Shown: positions 1-13,021, numbered from the whole stretch's first letter. The stretch: 53,191 nucleotides of DNA, filler included, from Squatina squatina (GCA_031763465.1; 3 parts of 3 records of this genome joined end to end with filler, not necessarily neighbours in it); one strand, 5' to 3'. Notes: generated by a model not told the origin, from the sequence alone. Program-made: numbers and translations.

Positions 1-447
1 CGACAGCAGCCGCGATCCTGCCTAATCAGCGCAGTACTCAAGCAGAGTGCCAGGCTGATTGATCGCAGGTAGAAACCCATGAAAAAACCTGCAAGCGAGA
101 AGGTAAGTTTAAAAAAAAAATTACCTCGGCCACCTCGCCTTTAAGCACCGCCCCTGAAGCAGCCAGCTGCCCGATGCACGCCCTCTGCAGCTGTCGGTGT
201 TTTCATTCAGCGATGCTGCAGGGGGTGGAATGCAATTTCGAGTCCGGGGGGCTACCGGGACAATGTGCACGGTGATGCCGCCACAATCTCCGGGCGAAAG
301 AGATTAGGGTGCAACGCCGTACCACTGTCACTAAAATCCTGCCAAATTTAGCGGGAGTCACTGATCTTGTCATGCCCGGTCGCAAACCCTATTATCGCCT
401 CCCGGAGGCACTAATGGGAGGCGCAAAGGAGCCCAATTTCTCCCCCC
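1..447. mobile_element. Right part of a GC/CpG-rich non-autonomous DNA element (MITE-like)
   Basis: CpG-rich block in an AT-rich background, ending abruptly in GCCCAATTTCTCCCCCC. This resembles the GG..(A)AATT-type termini of the other MITE-like blocks in the window. The left end lies outside the window. Confidence 0.5.
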
Positions 448-634
448 TAATCTTCCACATTACAGGTTACTACAATTCTTACTTAAGTTTTAGGTTTTTT
501 TTAAATCCAGCAATGACATTGTAAATGTTTCTTTTTGGCGGGGGGTAGGGGTGTTGGTGGTGGAAGTAGAGGAGGCAGTTGAATTGAGAGCTGTATAAAA
601 TTTGATTCATTAAGGATGTGAAACTTTTTTACAG

Positions 635-800
635 GCGTTACAAAGAATATACACCGATTGTTAGACAGGTGAATGACAGAAGTAAACAACTAGTGGTGAA
701 CAGTGGAAGTGCCAGTGTGTACTTCAGTAACCTGAAGACCATAATCCTCTTTGAGAATGATGAGAAGAGCCCCCTATTGAAGAAACCCACAGTCATTTAA
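635..800 (+). CDS. GPNMB: GPNMB last coding exon (cytoplasmic tail)
   Basis: Acceptor ttttttacag at 633-634. Translates (R)RYKEYTPIVRQVNDRSKQLVVNSGSASVYFSNLKTIILFENDEKSPLLKKPTVI*. Resembles the GPNMB tail (KEYNPI...EKDPLL), with a YxxI motif and an acidic dileucine EKSPLL. Lies upstream of MALSU1 and IGF2BP3, as in human. Confidence 0.8.
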
Positions 801-1450
801 TCAGAGCTTCTCATCCAAGCAGAAGTGTGCTCCAGGAATAGTTAGCTTCCTGTTTGGGTATCCGTATTGCTTAAGCAAATATTATATTGCACTGCTTAGC
901 TCTTCTTTACAAGTGGATTACAACATAAAATACTTGAAATTTAACTCTCCACTCATTTTCCCATTGCCTGAAGATATAAATCTGTATCTCAGTTTATAAA
1001 TGTTACATCAATTCTGTGATTGTAAATGTTGGAAGTAAACTTTCTTAACGCAACTTAGTAGAATAGTGAAAATGTTCATTCCATTCTGTTACAAGATGAC
1101 ATTTCTCTTCTTCCCACATAGCATAGTGATGGTAAAATGCTAGTTCCAATGCATTTACTTATAGCTGTAGATCTGGATTGCAATTGCCAGGTTTCTACTG
1201 ACATAATACGATGCTTCTGGTATTCAGAATCTATGCAAAAGGGATGTTTGGGGAAATCCTCCTGGAAGTACTAACTAATGGGTTTCTACAGACCTGCTTA
1301 GATATAGGACCACCTTCTCAATGAGATGGTCGGCAAATTAACGCTGCTGCNNNNNNNNNNNNNNNNNNNNNNNNNNNNNNNNNNNNNNNNNNNNNNNNNN
1401 NNNNNNNNNNNNNNNNNNNNNNNNNNNNNNNNNNNNNNNNNNNNNNNNNN

Positions 1451-1505
1451 AAGCACTTTGAGATGTCTGGTAAACATGAAAGGCACTATATAAATGCAAG
1501 TCTTT
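1451..1505 (+). mobile_element. 3' tail of Deu-domain SINE
   Basis: aagcactttgagatgtc...gaaaggcactatataaatgcaagtc matches the reverse complement of the tail at 14351-14400. Confidence 0.55.
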
Positions 1506-1534
1506 AAATGTTCGTTTTCTCCACCCCCCCCTAG

Positions 1535-1725
1535 GAAATATTGTAGTACATTTCATGCTACCTGAAACAAGGGAAGTCTATGAACTGGAAAAGCTGTGGA
1601 CCCTGCGTGCCTACGATGATCAATTTGTTAAGATACCCCCAGAAATTCTTCCAACAGATTTCATATATGGACCAACTGATGACTTTGACCAAAAAGAGGG
1701 CGATCTCATCAAAGGACTGTTTTGA
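1535..1725 (+). CDS. MALSU1: MALSU1 last coding exon (mitoribosome assembly factor, RsfS/Iojap family)
   Basis: Acceptor ttttctccacccccccctag at 1533-1534. Translates (G)[45 protein letters not shown]...KGLF*, matching the MALSU1 motif [25 protein letters not shown]. Not in the supplied ORF track in this frame. Confidence 0.93.
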
Positions 1726-2191
1726 AGGGATTCACAATATTGAAAGAGGAAATGATGCACATACTGGTTCATTGTGTATAACAGCTCATCTAAAAGTAAT
1801 GAAAGTAATGAGTTCAGTTCAGGGCAAGGGGGTTGGTTACATTACGTGCAAGGTACAGAAGGTAGTTTTATTGGATGAACTCTAGCCTGCAATAATTAGT
1901 ACAAGTTGCATCAGTTGGCTTTTAATTATACATCATTCTATAAAAAAATTGTCATGACTGCATATCGCATGAAACAATTCTTAAAAAAGTCACAGCTTGG
2001 ATGTGTTTTACATTGTTGTTCTGTTGAATGTGTTTATGAAGGAGCCAATAACCAGCACGTTCAGGGTCAGAAAGCTTATTGCATACTAGAAATTGTAATG
2101 CACAAACCACATGGGCTAGTTCTGGACCTGAAGTGTAGAGCAGCAATGTGTATAATGAATTACACCAAAAGGAACAGAAGCTTCTTTTACG

Positions 2192-2197
2192 AATAAA
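2192..2197 (+). promoter_or_regulatory. Candidate poly(A) signal for MALSU1
   Basis: AATAAA about 470 bp after the MALSU1 stop, followed by a GT/T-rich tract. Confidence 0.35.
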
Positions 2198-3285
2198 TAG
2201 TTAAACATGTTTGCTTGTCTTTAACATTTGACAAATGTACAGTAGCTAGTAAATGGGGCAGTGTGTCAGTCACTTATAACCTTGCAAACAAAGCATGCAT
2301 TAGACATGGGCAGTCATGGTGTTGGAAAGCATTAATGAAACTCAAGGAAGGGCAACAGGCCCCTGTTACAGTAAGACTTTGATTCCTACAGAAAATATAA
2401 ATAGGAATTCCTTAGTGGTGATCTGAAGAAAGCTAATGGGCAATATTTGAACAATGGGTTGAAGATGCAGAAGACTCGGGCTGGGTGACACGCAATAGAT
2501 CTGCCCTTGTTAACTAGAGGGAACACCTTGAAGCACACACCACCAGCTGGAGAATTCTGTCCCTCGTGTAAAAGCCAGCATACAAGGATTTATCTATCAA
2601 ATCTGTTGAAACACTAGTTACATTACTTCTTCCTACATTCAAAGCTTACATCAGCCAGTTATCCAGAATTGATTTTTTGGGGAACATTTGGAATTTTACA
2701 TGTTTTAGGAACTGGTGCACCAAATTTCTAAAGAGTCTTAACAAATTGTACAAGACTGCAAAAAGCTGATTTTTTTTTTAAATGAAGTATTTTTGCAAGA
2801 TGGTNNNNNNNNNNNNNNNNNNNNNNNNNNNNNNNNNNNNNNNNNNNNNNNNNNNNNNNNNNNNNNNNNNNNNNNNNNNNNNNNNNNNNNNNNNNNNNNN
2901 NNNNGGTCAACCATATTTTATAGATTGCAGTTTTACTACAGTAAAGGTGCTTATAAATTCAAGTTATTGTAAGGATAGATTGTGAAAGACTGGCTTAAGC
3001 ATCTTAAGAACAGAAGTATTTTCAGAATGTTAACAATTGACTGATCTTACACATCATCCATGGGTTTCAAAATGCATGGCTATTTGTCATTGTGTGTGCA
3101 CACCTCTTGCAAGGATATTAATTGTGTCATGAGGATATACATGAAACTTTGTTTTAAGTGTTTTGTATACAGAACTGCCAAACCACAGGAGTGATCTCTC
3201 TCTTATTTCAACTATTGAAAAATACAAGAGGAAATGCAATTTTGCTTAACATTGAAGACATACACAATCATAGGAGCTAAATTAT

Positions 3286-3291
3286 TTTATT
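3286..3291 (-). promoter_or_regulatory. Candidate distal poly(A) signal for IGF2BP3
   Basis: AATAAA on the minus strand (gtatgAAATAAAataat) about 2.4 kb downstream of the IGF2BP3 stop, across a sized gap. Confidence 0.35.
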
Positions 3292-4416
3292 TCATACAGA
3301 GGCATTTGACAAGTGGGGCTGCATCGGGGGCACAGTATTCAGATGAAAAAAAAGTGAGCCAAATTACTTTTGCTGGTATTGCTTCCATTTACAGAACTAC
3401 CTTCAACTAAATGCCAGTTATTCCAAATTACCAAATATCATTTTAGTGAAAATTAATTGATCTATCCTAGTAAAACAATCTCACTATATAGTCCAGAAAA
3501 TTAATGATACAACAGCAGNNNNNNNNNNNNNNNNNNNNNNNNNNNNNNNNNNNNNNNNNNNNNNNNNNNNNNNNNNNNNNNNNNNNNNNNNNNNNNNNNN
3601 NNNNNNNNNNNNNNNNNNNNNNNNNNNNNNNNNNNNNNNNNNNNNNNNNNNNNNNNNNNNNNNNNNNNNNNNNNNNNNNNNNNNNNNNNNNNNNNNNNNN
3701 NNNNNNNNNNNNNNNNNNNNNNNNNNNNNNNNNNNNNNNNNNNNNNNNNNNNNNNNNNNNNNNNNNNNNNNNNNNNNNNNNNNNNNNNNNNNNNNNNNNN
3801 NNNNNNNNNNNNNNNNNNNNNNNNNNNNNNNNNNNNNNNNNNNNNNNNNNNNNNNNNNNNNNNNNNNNNNNNNNNNNNNNNNNNNNNNNNNNNNNNNNNN
3901 NNNNNNNNNNNNNNNNNNNNNNNNNNNNNNNNNNNNNNNNNNNNNNNNNNNNNNNNNNNNNNNNNNNNNNNNNNNNNNNNNNNNNNNNNNNNNNNNNNNN
4001 NNNNNNNNNNNNNNNNNNNNNNNNNNNNNNNNNNNNNNNNNNNNNNNNNNNNNNNNNNNNNNNNNNNNNNNNNNNNNNNNNNNNNNNNNNNNNNNNNNNN
4101 NNNNNNNNNNNNNNNNNNNNNNNNNNNNNNNNNNNNNNNNNNNNNNNNNNNNNNNNNNNNNNNNNNNNNNNNNNNNNNNNNNNNNNNNNNNNNNNNNNNN
4201 NNNNNNNNNNNNNNNNNNNNNNNNNNNNNNNNNNNNNNNNNNNNNNNNNNNNNNNNNNNNNNNNNNNNNNNNNNNNNNNNNNNNNNNNNNNNNNNNNNNN
4301 NNNNNNNNNNNNNNNNNNNNNNNNNNNNNNNNNNNNNNNNNNNNNNNNNNNNNNNNNNNNNNNNNNNNNNNNNNNNNNNNNNNNNNNNNNNNNNNNNNNN
4401 NNNNNNNNNNNNNNNN

Positions 4417-5666
4417 ACTTTTTTCTCCCCATTATGGTGATCTAAATGTGTGGTTCAATAAATTCAGAGTGCGCTCCAGCAAAGTCTGCCAAAGTGTACC
4501 CAGACAGATCTAATAGCTCTACCAATAATTGAAGATGAAGCTTGCTCTTTGAACAGAATGGCCAAGTCCAAATAGACTGCGTCATTATGCATCAAGATGC
4601 AGTGATGGTCAAAGGCACCAAGGGTCCATGCATTTAAAATTACCCAGTTATACTAAAAGCTAATCCATTTTGCAGCCTCTTTCCCCAACCCCCAGCCTCT
4701 TGTCATCACTTCCTTGTTTTGTTCCCAAAAGTACCATCAATCAAATATAGGAAATAAACACTTTCATCCTATCTTAAAAAGAAAAAAATGGCATTGCTGC
4801 TATTAGTATATATTGGCATCATTCGGCGTCTCAAACATTCACAGAATTTTGATCAAATGATGGTGTTGTAGACCTCAGGAAAACTGAGGCTAGTATCATT
4901 TATCGAATACTCCCATCAGCCAGCAGCTAGAAGCAACACATTTACTTCTGTATTTTTCTCTGTAATGCTCCTGGCTTTTAGCTGATCAAAATTTTACTTT
5001 TTTTTATTAAAAAAATAAAATGCTTGACTATTACTTTAATAAATTATAAAAAATAAGCAGAAAAAAGTACCAATTGAGGTACTAAATGCCTGAGGTAGTT
5101 TAGGAAAATGCATAATCAATTCATGCCCTGGCCAACACCATTCAACACTTCCCTTAGGTTCTAATGGCAGTGTTTTAGTAATCTTTGTAAAAATAACCCA
5201 ATTTAAAAAAGCCATTTTGCATGGTGGGACAGATGCCTCAATCTTGCCAACTCCCTTAGCCCCTCCCCAAAGAAAATCTCAATATTTTATAACGATTGGA
5301 ACTATAAGAGCAATGCCTTTCTGTAACCAGTGAAAAATCAGAAGAGAAAGCTTCATTAAACCCAACAGATCTAAGAATTTTGGGAAAGCTAACAAGGCAA
5401 TATAAAGTTTTGAAATTAGAACAAAAGAAGGGAAGTGAAAGGGCCTTATTTAAAGCTGGGTTTCACAAGGTTTCTTCTTGAACGCCTAAAGAATACATTC
5501 GCACAAAGACAGAGTTCATAGGTTGCCTGGTCCTCGATAAAGGTGACTGGGGAAGATGGAACATATGCTTCTTTATCAGCGACGGGTTTAACTGTCTGCG
5601 ATTACAGTCTGTCTCTCTCTTTGGTCTGGCATCTGTCTCTGTGGTGGATTGGAGATCCTGAACCTT
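4417..5666 (-). other. IGF2BP3: IGF2BP3 3'UTR (proximal part)
   Basis: Directly follows the stop codon at 5667-5669. AT-rich, without recognisable repeats, and carries let-7, miR-34 and miR-9 seed matches. Confidence 0.8.
5075..5098 (-). promoter_or_regulatory. Tandem let-7 target sites (8mer CTACCTCA 5091-5098; 7mer-A1 TACCTCA 5075-5081)
   Basis: The plus strand reads TGAGGTA...TGAGGTAG, which are let-7 seed complements in the mRNA sense. IGF2BP genes are established let-7 targets. Confidence 0.7.
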
Positions 5667-5765
5667 TTACTTTCTTCGTGGTTGGGGCTGTCCACTCTGC
5701 ACTGTTTTCTGTTGCTGTTGTCTTTTTACTTGGGACAAAATTTCTTGAATTTTTCTTTGAGCAAG
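5667..5765 (-). CDS. IGF2BP3: IGF2BP3 last coding exon (exon 15; end of KH4)
   Basis: Acceptor ttttctctctgacatgtag, phase 0. Translates [32 protein letters not shown], matching the IGF2BP3 C-terminus [20 protein letters not shown]...PQSRRK. Confidence 0.95.
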   Translation of the reverse strand, partial: [32 protein letters not shown]

Positions 5766-6087
5766 CTACATGTCAGAGAGAAAAGTCAGTTATTTTGTAA
5801 GCAAACTTAACAAATTTTACACTACAACTTGAGCCTCATTTAATCAAAGTGGAATATGCAAGTTTTGAATTCTCCCTCCCACTCCAAAAAGGAATTAATA
5901 AAAACCCCAAAACATTAACAAAAGGCTAACTACAAAAAGTAGAGATCTATGAACCTGAGATTAAATGTAGAAAGTCTAGTCCTTACATTCACAACCATAA
6001 TTATAGACAAAACTTAGCGCATTCCTCCACATAATAAACCAATACATTTGATACATTGGAGCAGGATTCAAAAATAGATTCATCCAA

Positions 6088-6192
6088 GGGTTCTGACGAA
6101 GGGTCATCGACCTGAAACGTTGACTGTTTTTCTCTCCACAGATGCTGCCTGACCTGCTGAGTTTTTCCAGCATTTTTTTGTTTGTATTCCAG
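6088..6192. mobile_element. Short interspersed repeat fragment (abundant shark retroposon tail)
   Basis: ctgacgaagggtcatcgacctgaaacgttgactg...ccacagatgctgcctgacctgctgag...ccagcatttt. Related copies lie at about 12220-12290 and 26820-26920. Confidence 0.7.
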
Positions 6193-6222
6193 TATTACAA
6201 ATGCTGTGCCTGCCCCAGGTAC

Positions 6223-6339
6223 CTGGTTACTGGTGTCCTCAGAGCTCTTTTTGACATAATCCTCCAACTCTTGTTTCTCCTTCATTGTTCTTTCCAGCTG
6301 TTCATTGGCCTGTCGTAGCATCACTTGTAGCTTCTTTAC
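6223..6339 (-). CDS. RABEP1: RABEP1 (Rabaptin-5) internal coiled-coil exon, out of syntenic context
   Basis: 117 nt, phase 0-0, bounded by cag and gtacct. Translates VKKLQVMLRQANEQLERTMKEKQELEDYVKKSSEDTSNQ, close to RABEP1 VKKLQLMLRQANDQLEKTMKDKQELEDFIKQSSEDSSHQ. Confidence 0.88.
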
Positions 6340-7249
6340 CTGCACAGTTATTAAGCAGATAGACACATCAGAAAGAGTCCAATGTGTAGAATCACTTTCA
6401 GCACAATACAGTATGAGATTTCAATTATTTTTATACTCAATTTCTTGTGGGAAACAGGGGGCAGTCATTCATCTAAGTGAATAAAAATTCCTGATATTCT
6501 GTGTGCATGCAAGAGAAAGAGTGTGCGAGAGAGAGGGAGAGGGAGAGAGAGAGAACGCAGAAGAGGTTACACGTGAGAAAGTTAGAGATACTAAGTGACT
6601 GATGTGGAGAGTGAGAAAGACTGAAAGTGAAAGACAGGGCTGAAAAAGGTCCATACCCTAAACATAAACTTGTTAATCAACACTTGGAGAGAACAGACAT
6701 GTGTCTCCAGCACTTTTGTTTCAAATGAATGCAAAGCTTTGCCAAGCGTTTTATCCTGCATGCATTGTGCAGTATGCTGTTGTGTTGGGATTGTAACATC
6801 TCGTCAACAAACCACATTCATGTTGTACAATTAGGTGTTAATTTGAGTCCTTATCTCTCAGACAGGAATTACAATGACTTATCTATCACATGACTACCAG
6901 TATGGCACCTCCACGAGCTTTTCCTCACTTTCTTTTACATTTAGTATTGTACAGTTAGTTCAGTCAGCTACAGGAAGGAACTGAAGCAAACTTAACACTA
7001 AAACTTAACACACAAAACCTCAGGGAGGCTGTTAGTTTACATTTCCAGAAAGACGACCCATAGCAAAGCACATGGATCTCACCGACACAGGCTTCAGTGC
7101 TGAGAAGCATCAATCGACAAGATGCTGCAAAGATTAGAATCATTTGCAACTTACTGTAAACCTGTAGATTTCTCGGCAGTTTACATTTACCGCAAAATGT
7201 GAGTTATCTGGCACACTTTCAAGCAGTTTCTGGGAACACAAGAAACGGG

Positions 7250-7360
7250 CCCTTTGAACCTGCTGCGCCATTCAATAAGATCACGGCTGGTCATCTACAC
7301 CAACTCCACTATCCCCATACCCCTTGATGCCCAAAAACCTATCGATTTCAGCCGTGAATA
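7250..7360 (-). mobile_element. CR1 LINE 3'-end fragment
   Basis: ctttgaacctgctgcgccattcaataagatcacggctg is the reverse complement of the CR1 3' tail seen at 14275-14310 and 40056-40090. Confidence 0.65.
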
Positions 7361-8529
7361 NNNNNNNNNNNNNNNNNNNNNNNNNNNNNNNNNNNNNNNN
7401 NNNNNNNNNNNNNNNNNNNNNNNNNNNNNNNNNNNNNNNNNNNNNNNNNNNNNNNNNNNNTCAATATACTGAAATATTTATTGGACTAGGAATCTTTGAC
7501 AGAGCAACAAATTTACTCAATTTAACAGTCATAGGTTTTCAAAGCTATAGAGATTTAATTCACCAGGTCTGCCTGTATGGTAAAATTGAGTGGTCAAGCC
7601 AAAAGCAAACTCGACAGCACTCATTCTGCCACAGCTACTGTTGGCCAATTGGACTCATTAACAGTGGTTGTGCAGAAGTCGATCAGCTAAAGGTGCTGGC
7701 AGCGAAGGGAAAATATCCTGAACTGAAAACAATTATTTTTTAGTTTAGGGAAAAGGGACAGCTGGAGAGAGAAGGGGGATGAAAGAAGAGATATTTTGAA
7801 GCATGAATTCAGCTTGAAGGATGTGGTGTAGTAGCCATGAAAGAGACCTGGCTATTAGCTGGACACTAAATGTTGTAGGTTGTAGGATCTTCAGGACAGG
7901 GAAATTGGGAAAGGAGGTGGAGTAGCAATATTAAAAATAAATATCTCATTTGTGAAGTAGGGAGCACTCTGGATATTACATTTAATGGGGTAATGTAGAA
8001 GGCCCAGTACACCTGGTCTCAGTGTCAAATCTCAACAGCAAAAGTGGAAAATGTGCTCATTCCAAAGCATTGACATTTCTCCTCGAACACAAGGATTTTA
8101 ATCACCCAAATACTTATCCTACTCACCAATGCTCAGCTCAAGTTCTGCCAGAACTACTCAGCTCTAGACCTCATCGTAATTTTAATCCAGACATCAACAC
8201 AAGTGCTGAACGACTGAGGTGGATGTAACTTCCTCCATCAGCATTAAACCAAAAATGGCACCAAGTAGCCCAAGCAAAACAGAGGGCAATGGGGGTCAAA
8301 ATTCATATCCGATACGTAGGAAGCTGTCCAGAGCCCCAGGCATTCTCAATAGTGTCTGCAGCTCAACCATCTTCAGCTCTTGCAATGACCTACCTGCAAT
8401 CATTAAGGTCAAGAGTAGGGCCGCTCACTGACTATCTCAGTTTTCAACTCGATTCACAAATTCCCTGACAATGAAGCAGCATATGCCAGCGTACAGCAGG
8501 AGTCAGCTGAAGGTCAGGGCGAGGTGGCT

Positions 8530-9210
8530 GATCCCCCTCTTATTGGAGATGGTTACTGTCTGGCATTTATGCAACACAAAATGATACCTGCCACTTGTCA
8601 GCCTAAGGCTGGATGTTGTCCAGGTCATGCTATAGGCTGGTGTGGAGTGTTTCATTATTGTAGAAGTTAGTATGGCGCTGAACATTAATTGTCAGCAAAC
8701 AGCTCTACTCCTGACCTTATGACAATGGAAGGTCATTGATGTAGCAGCTGAAGCTAGTTGAGCCAAGGATGTTACCCCAATGAACTCCAGCTACGATGGC
8801 CCTGGGGCTGAGAGAATTGGTATCTTAGAATTGAAACAGTCAGCTGTGTGTCAGTTAAGATTCTGATGGGTTTTCACATTGACCTTGAGTTTGTGAGGGC
8901 TCCTTTGTGCCATACTTTCGACCATACACTTACTCTTGCATCTCCGTTGGTATACAGCCAGTGTACACACCTAGATCAAAGCGGTGATGAGGTCTGCAAC
9001 CAAGTGGTTCTGCTGCAACGTGAACTGAGCACCAGCGAGCTATTCATAAATAGGAGGCACTTAATAACACTATTGTTGACTCCCATCACTTTACTGATGA
9101 TTGGAAAGAAGCTGATGTGATGATCACTGGCCAATTTTAACTTGTCCTGCTGTTTGTGTGGAAGACATACCTAGGAAAATTTTCAGCACTTGGATGCCAA
9201 TCTCATAGCT
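8530..9210 (-). mobile_element. Degenerate CR1-like LINE reverse transcriptase fragment
   Basis: The minus strand gives HDLDNIQP.ADKWQV-like RT C-terminal residues. The ggtcattgatgtagcagctgaag segment is the reverse complement of the FS..INDLPS motif in the 26010-26693 copy. Confidence 0.65.
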
Positions 9211-9387
9211 GTACTTGGGTAGAATGGATTCGTTGTACATGTCATTTTAGTCTGTAAAATTTGATCAGTTTGATTTCTGAAACTGCGAAGGTGGTAATAT
9301 AGCACAAGATTACATCAAATCCAATAAACAGATTATCGCAATTTGGGAAATTACTAATCTTCAAGCCACACAACTCTGCAAAGATTA

Positions 9388-9729
<342 letters not shown>

Positions 9730-9769
9730 TCAATGCACAGAAATCTGAAGTCCAGCATTCCAAAACTTA

Positions 9770-9916
<147 letters not shown>

Positions 9917-10653
9917 TTAATCCAGCTTGCAATTTTTTCCTTCAGATTGTGATTAGTTTNNNNNNNNNNNNNNNNNNNNNNNNNNNNNNNNNNNNNNNNN
10001 NNNNNNNNNNNNNNNNNNNNNNNNNNNNNNNNNNNNNNNNNNNNNNNNNNNNNNNNNNNNNNNNNNNNNNNNNNNNNNNNNNNNNNNNNNNNNNNNNNNN
10101 NNNNNNNNNNNNNNNNNNNNNNNNNNNNNNNNNNNNNNNNNNNNNNNNNNNNNNNNNNNNNNNNNNNNNNNNNNNNNNNNNNNNNNNNNNNNACCTTTTT
10201 TTTTTTTAAAAAAGGCTTCTGAGCTACACCGGATTCAAATATTCTACATTTGAGGAATAAGTAAATTGAACCCCAAATATTTTGAGATTTCCACAAATTC
10301 TGGAAGTATGGTACATGGCAAGTTCAGATTAAACTGCTTTAGGTAGGAGGATGGTAAATGTTTGGAATGGACCACACTGGGAGGTAGATAGTGTTGAAAG
10401 GGAGCATGGTATGTGGTAGTGGGCTATTAAGAGCCATTAATTTTGAGTGACCAAATGGACTGCAGTGTGCTGCAGCTTCCCATGTGTTGTCCTTTCCTAT
10501 ACAAGAGGAGGAAACATAACTCAAACATAAAATTTTTGAAGTGAAGGAGGAATATTATGGCAATTTAAAGCAAAAAAAGAGATATTATGGCAATTAAAAA
10601 ACACCAAGCTGCTTTGCAGGTGCAAACCAAATTGTTCACCATTTAAGGATCTA

Positions 10654-10875
<222 letters not shown>

Positions 10876-11603
10876 TTACAAGTATCAAGTGGTAAATACA
10901 AATGTCAGGGGTAAATGTTTAATGATGTCAAGGAAAGAGAGAGAGCGCGAGAGAGAACAAAAATACTTTCTTTCCCCTTTTGCATTCAAAGATTTTCACA
11001 CCTTCCTTCAGGTCTGTGNNNNNNNNNNNNNNNNNNNNNNNNNNNNNNNNNNNNNNNNNNNNNNNNNNNNNNNNNNNNNNNNNNNNNNNNNNNNNNNNNN
11101 NNNNNNNNNNNNNNNNNNNNNNNNNNNNNNNNNNNNNNNNNNNNNNNNNNNNNNNNNNNNNNNNNNNNNNNNNNNNNNNNNNNNNNNNNNNNNNNNNNNN
11201 NNNNNNNNNNNNNNNNNNNNNNNNNNNNNNNNNNNNNNNNNNNNNNNNNNNNNNNNNNNNNNNNNNNNNNNNNNNNNNNNNNNNNNNNNNNNNNNNNNNN
11301 NNNNNNNNNNNNNNNNNNNNNNNNNNNNNNNNNNNNNNNNNNNNNNNNNNNNNNNNNNNNNNNNNNNNNNNNNNNNNNNNNNNNNNNNNNNNNNNNNNNN
11401 NNNNNNNNNNNNNNNNNNNNNNNNNNNNNNNNNNNNNNNNNNNNNNNNNNNNNNNNNNNNNNNNNNNNNNNNNNNNNNNNNNNNNNNNNNNNNNNNNNNN
11501 NNNNNNNNNNNNNNNNNNNNNNNNNNNNNNNNNNNNNNNNNNNNNNNNNNNNNNNNNNNNNNNNNNNNNNNNNNNNNNNNNNNNNNNNNNNNNNNNNNNN
11601 NNN

Positions 11604-12218
11604 CATAGGTACCTCGCAACTTCCGGGTTTACGCATTGGCTGCGCATGCGCGAAAACCCGGAACTTGCAATGTCAAGAATCCTAACAGATCCTCCACATG
11701 CGCAGGAAATGGACATTCACTGGCGGTGAGTTGCCCAGCAAATGCCCATGAAACTCTTACACTTGTAAGTGTGAAAATAAATGTTAAATCAAAAACCTGT
11801 AAAATAAGTGTTATTTTTGGTCCCTTAAAAATGTTATTTTTCAAAAAATAATTTGTTTCAAATGTTTAATGAAATTGTGTTAATTAATTTTAAATATGTA
11901 TGATTTTTTATTTCCGTACTGTAAACAGTATTTTTTGGGTGATTCCTATTAAGCTTATGGGGATTCTACATGTAAATGGAATCCCCATAAGCTTTATTTG
12001 AATCCCCTTTCCGATTAGTTGGGCTGGTCCGGTCCACGTGAGTCCAGGCATGCTTACGAACTGCCTGTGCCCGAGTTACGTGGGATTTACACAGACCTAC
12101 GCGTAGAAGCCCAGGAGCGCGAATCTCTGTGGATCCAAGACCATCAGATAGGTGCGTAGATTTATTGCAGTTTGGAGGAATCTGCCAGTGAGAAGCCCTT
12201 GACTGCAAATTCAGGGTC
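11604..12218. mobile_element. MITE-like DNA element (right part) with internal hairpins
   Basis: Ends in GACTGCAAATTCAGGGTC, related to the terminal inverted repeats (TIRs) of the 50500-51280 element. Internal inverted repeats lie at about 11617-11669 and 11951-11994, with an AT-rich centre. Confidence 0.65.
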
Positions 12219-12625
12219 AATAACTGTTTTGTTCTCCACAAATGCTGCCTGACTTGCTGAGTACTTCCAGCATTTTCTGTTTTTATTTCATGTCTGCTTG
12301 TTCAGGTGACACAAAAAGACCCTGTGCCTCTGCATGAAGAGCAGCAGTAAGTTCTCACTGTGTACTGCCAAATAAATATCAAAAACAAATTTACAATCTC
12401 TGCTGGTCAAAATCACTTAATTCAAAATGGTCTGAATTTAAATATTTTATACATACTAAATTCCCAAGTTTATTTTTATTGGACAATTCAAATAATTTTG
12501 GCACCAAAAAGGACTCAAAATATCAGGAGTATCTCATTTGATGTTTGTGGGACTCTGCTGTATGTCATGCTTGCCTACATAAGTGAATGCACTTTAAAAA
12601 AAAAAAGTTGCAAGTGGAACACTTA

Positions 12626-13021
<396 letters not shown>

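Noticed and set aside
801-1534. Apparent ultra-short GPNMB-MALSU1 distance and loss of MALSU1 exons 1-3
   Set aside because: A 100-N gap of unknown true size (1351-1450) lies between them, so the missing exons are an assembly omission.
3467-4445. Long ORFs in the track here and at 10889-11729, 29143-29946, 38169-39050 and 41903-42946
   Set aside because: They consist almost entirely of X from N gaps and carry no coding evidence.
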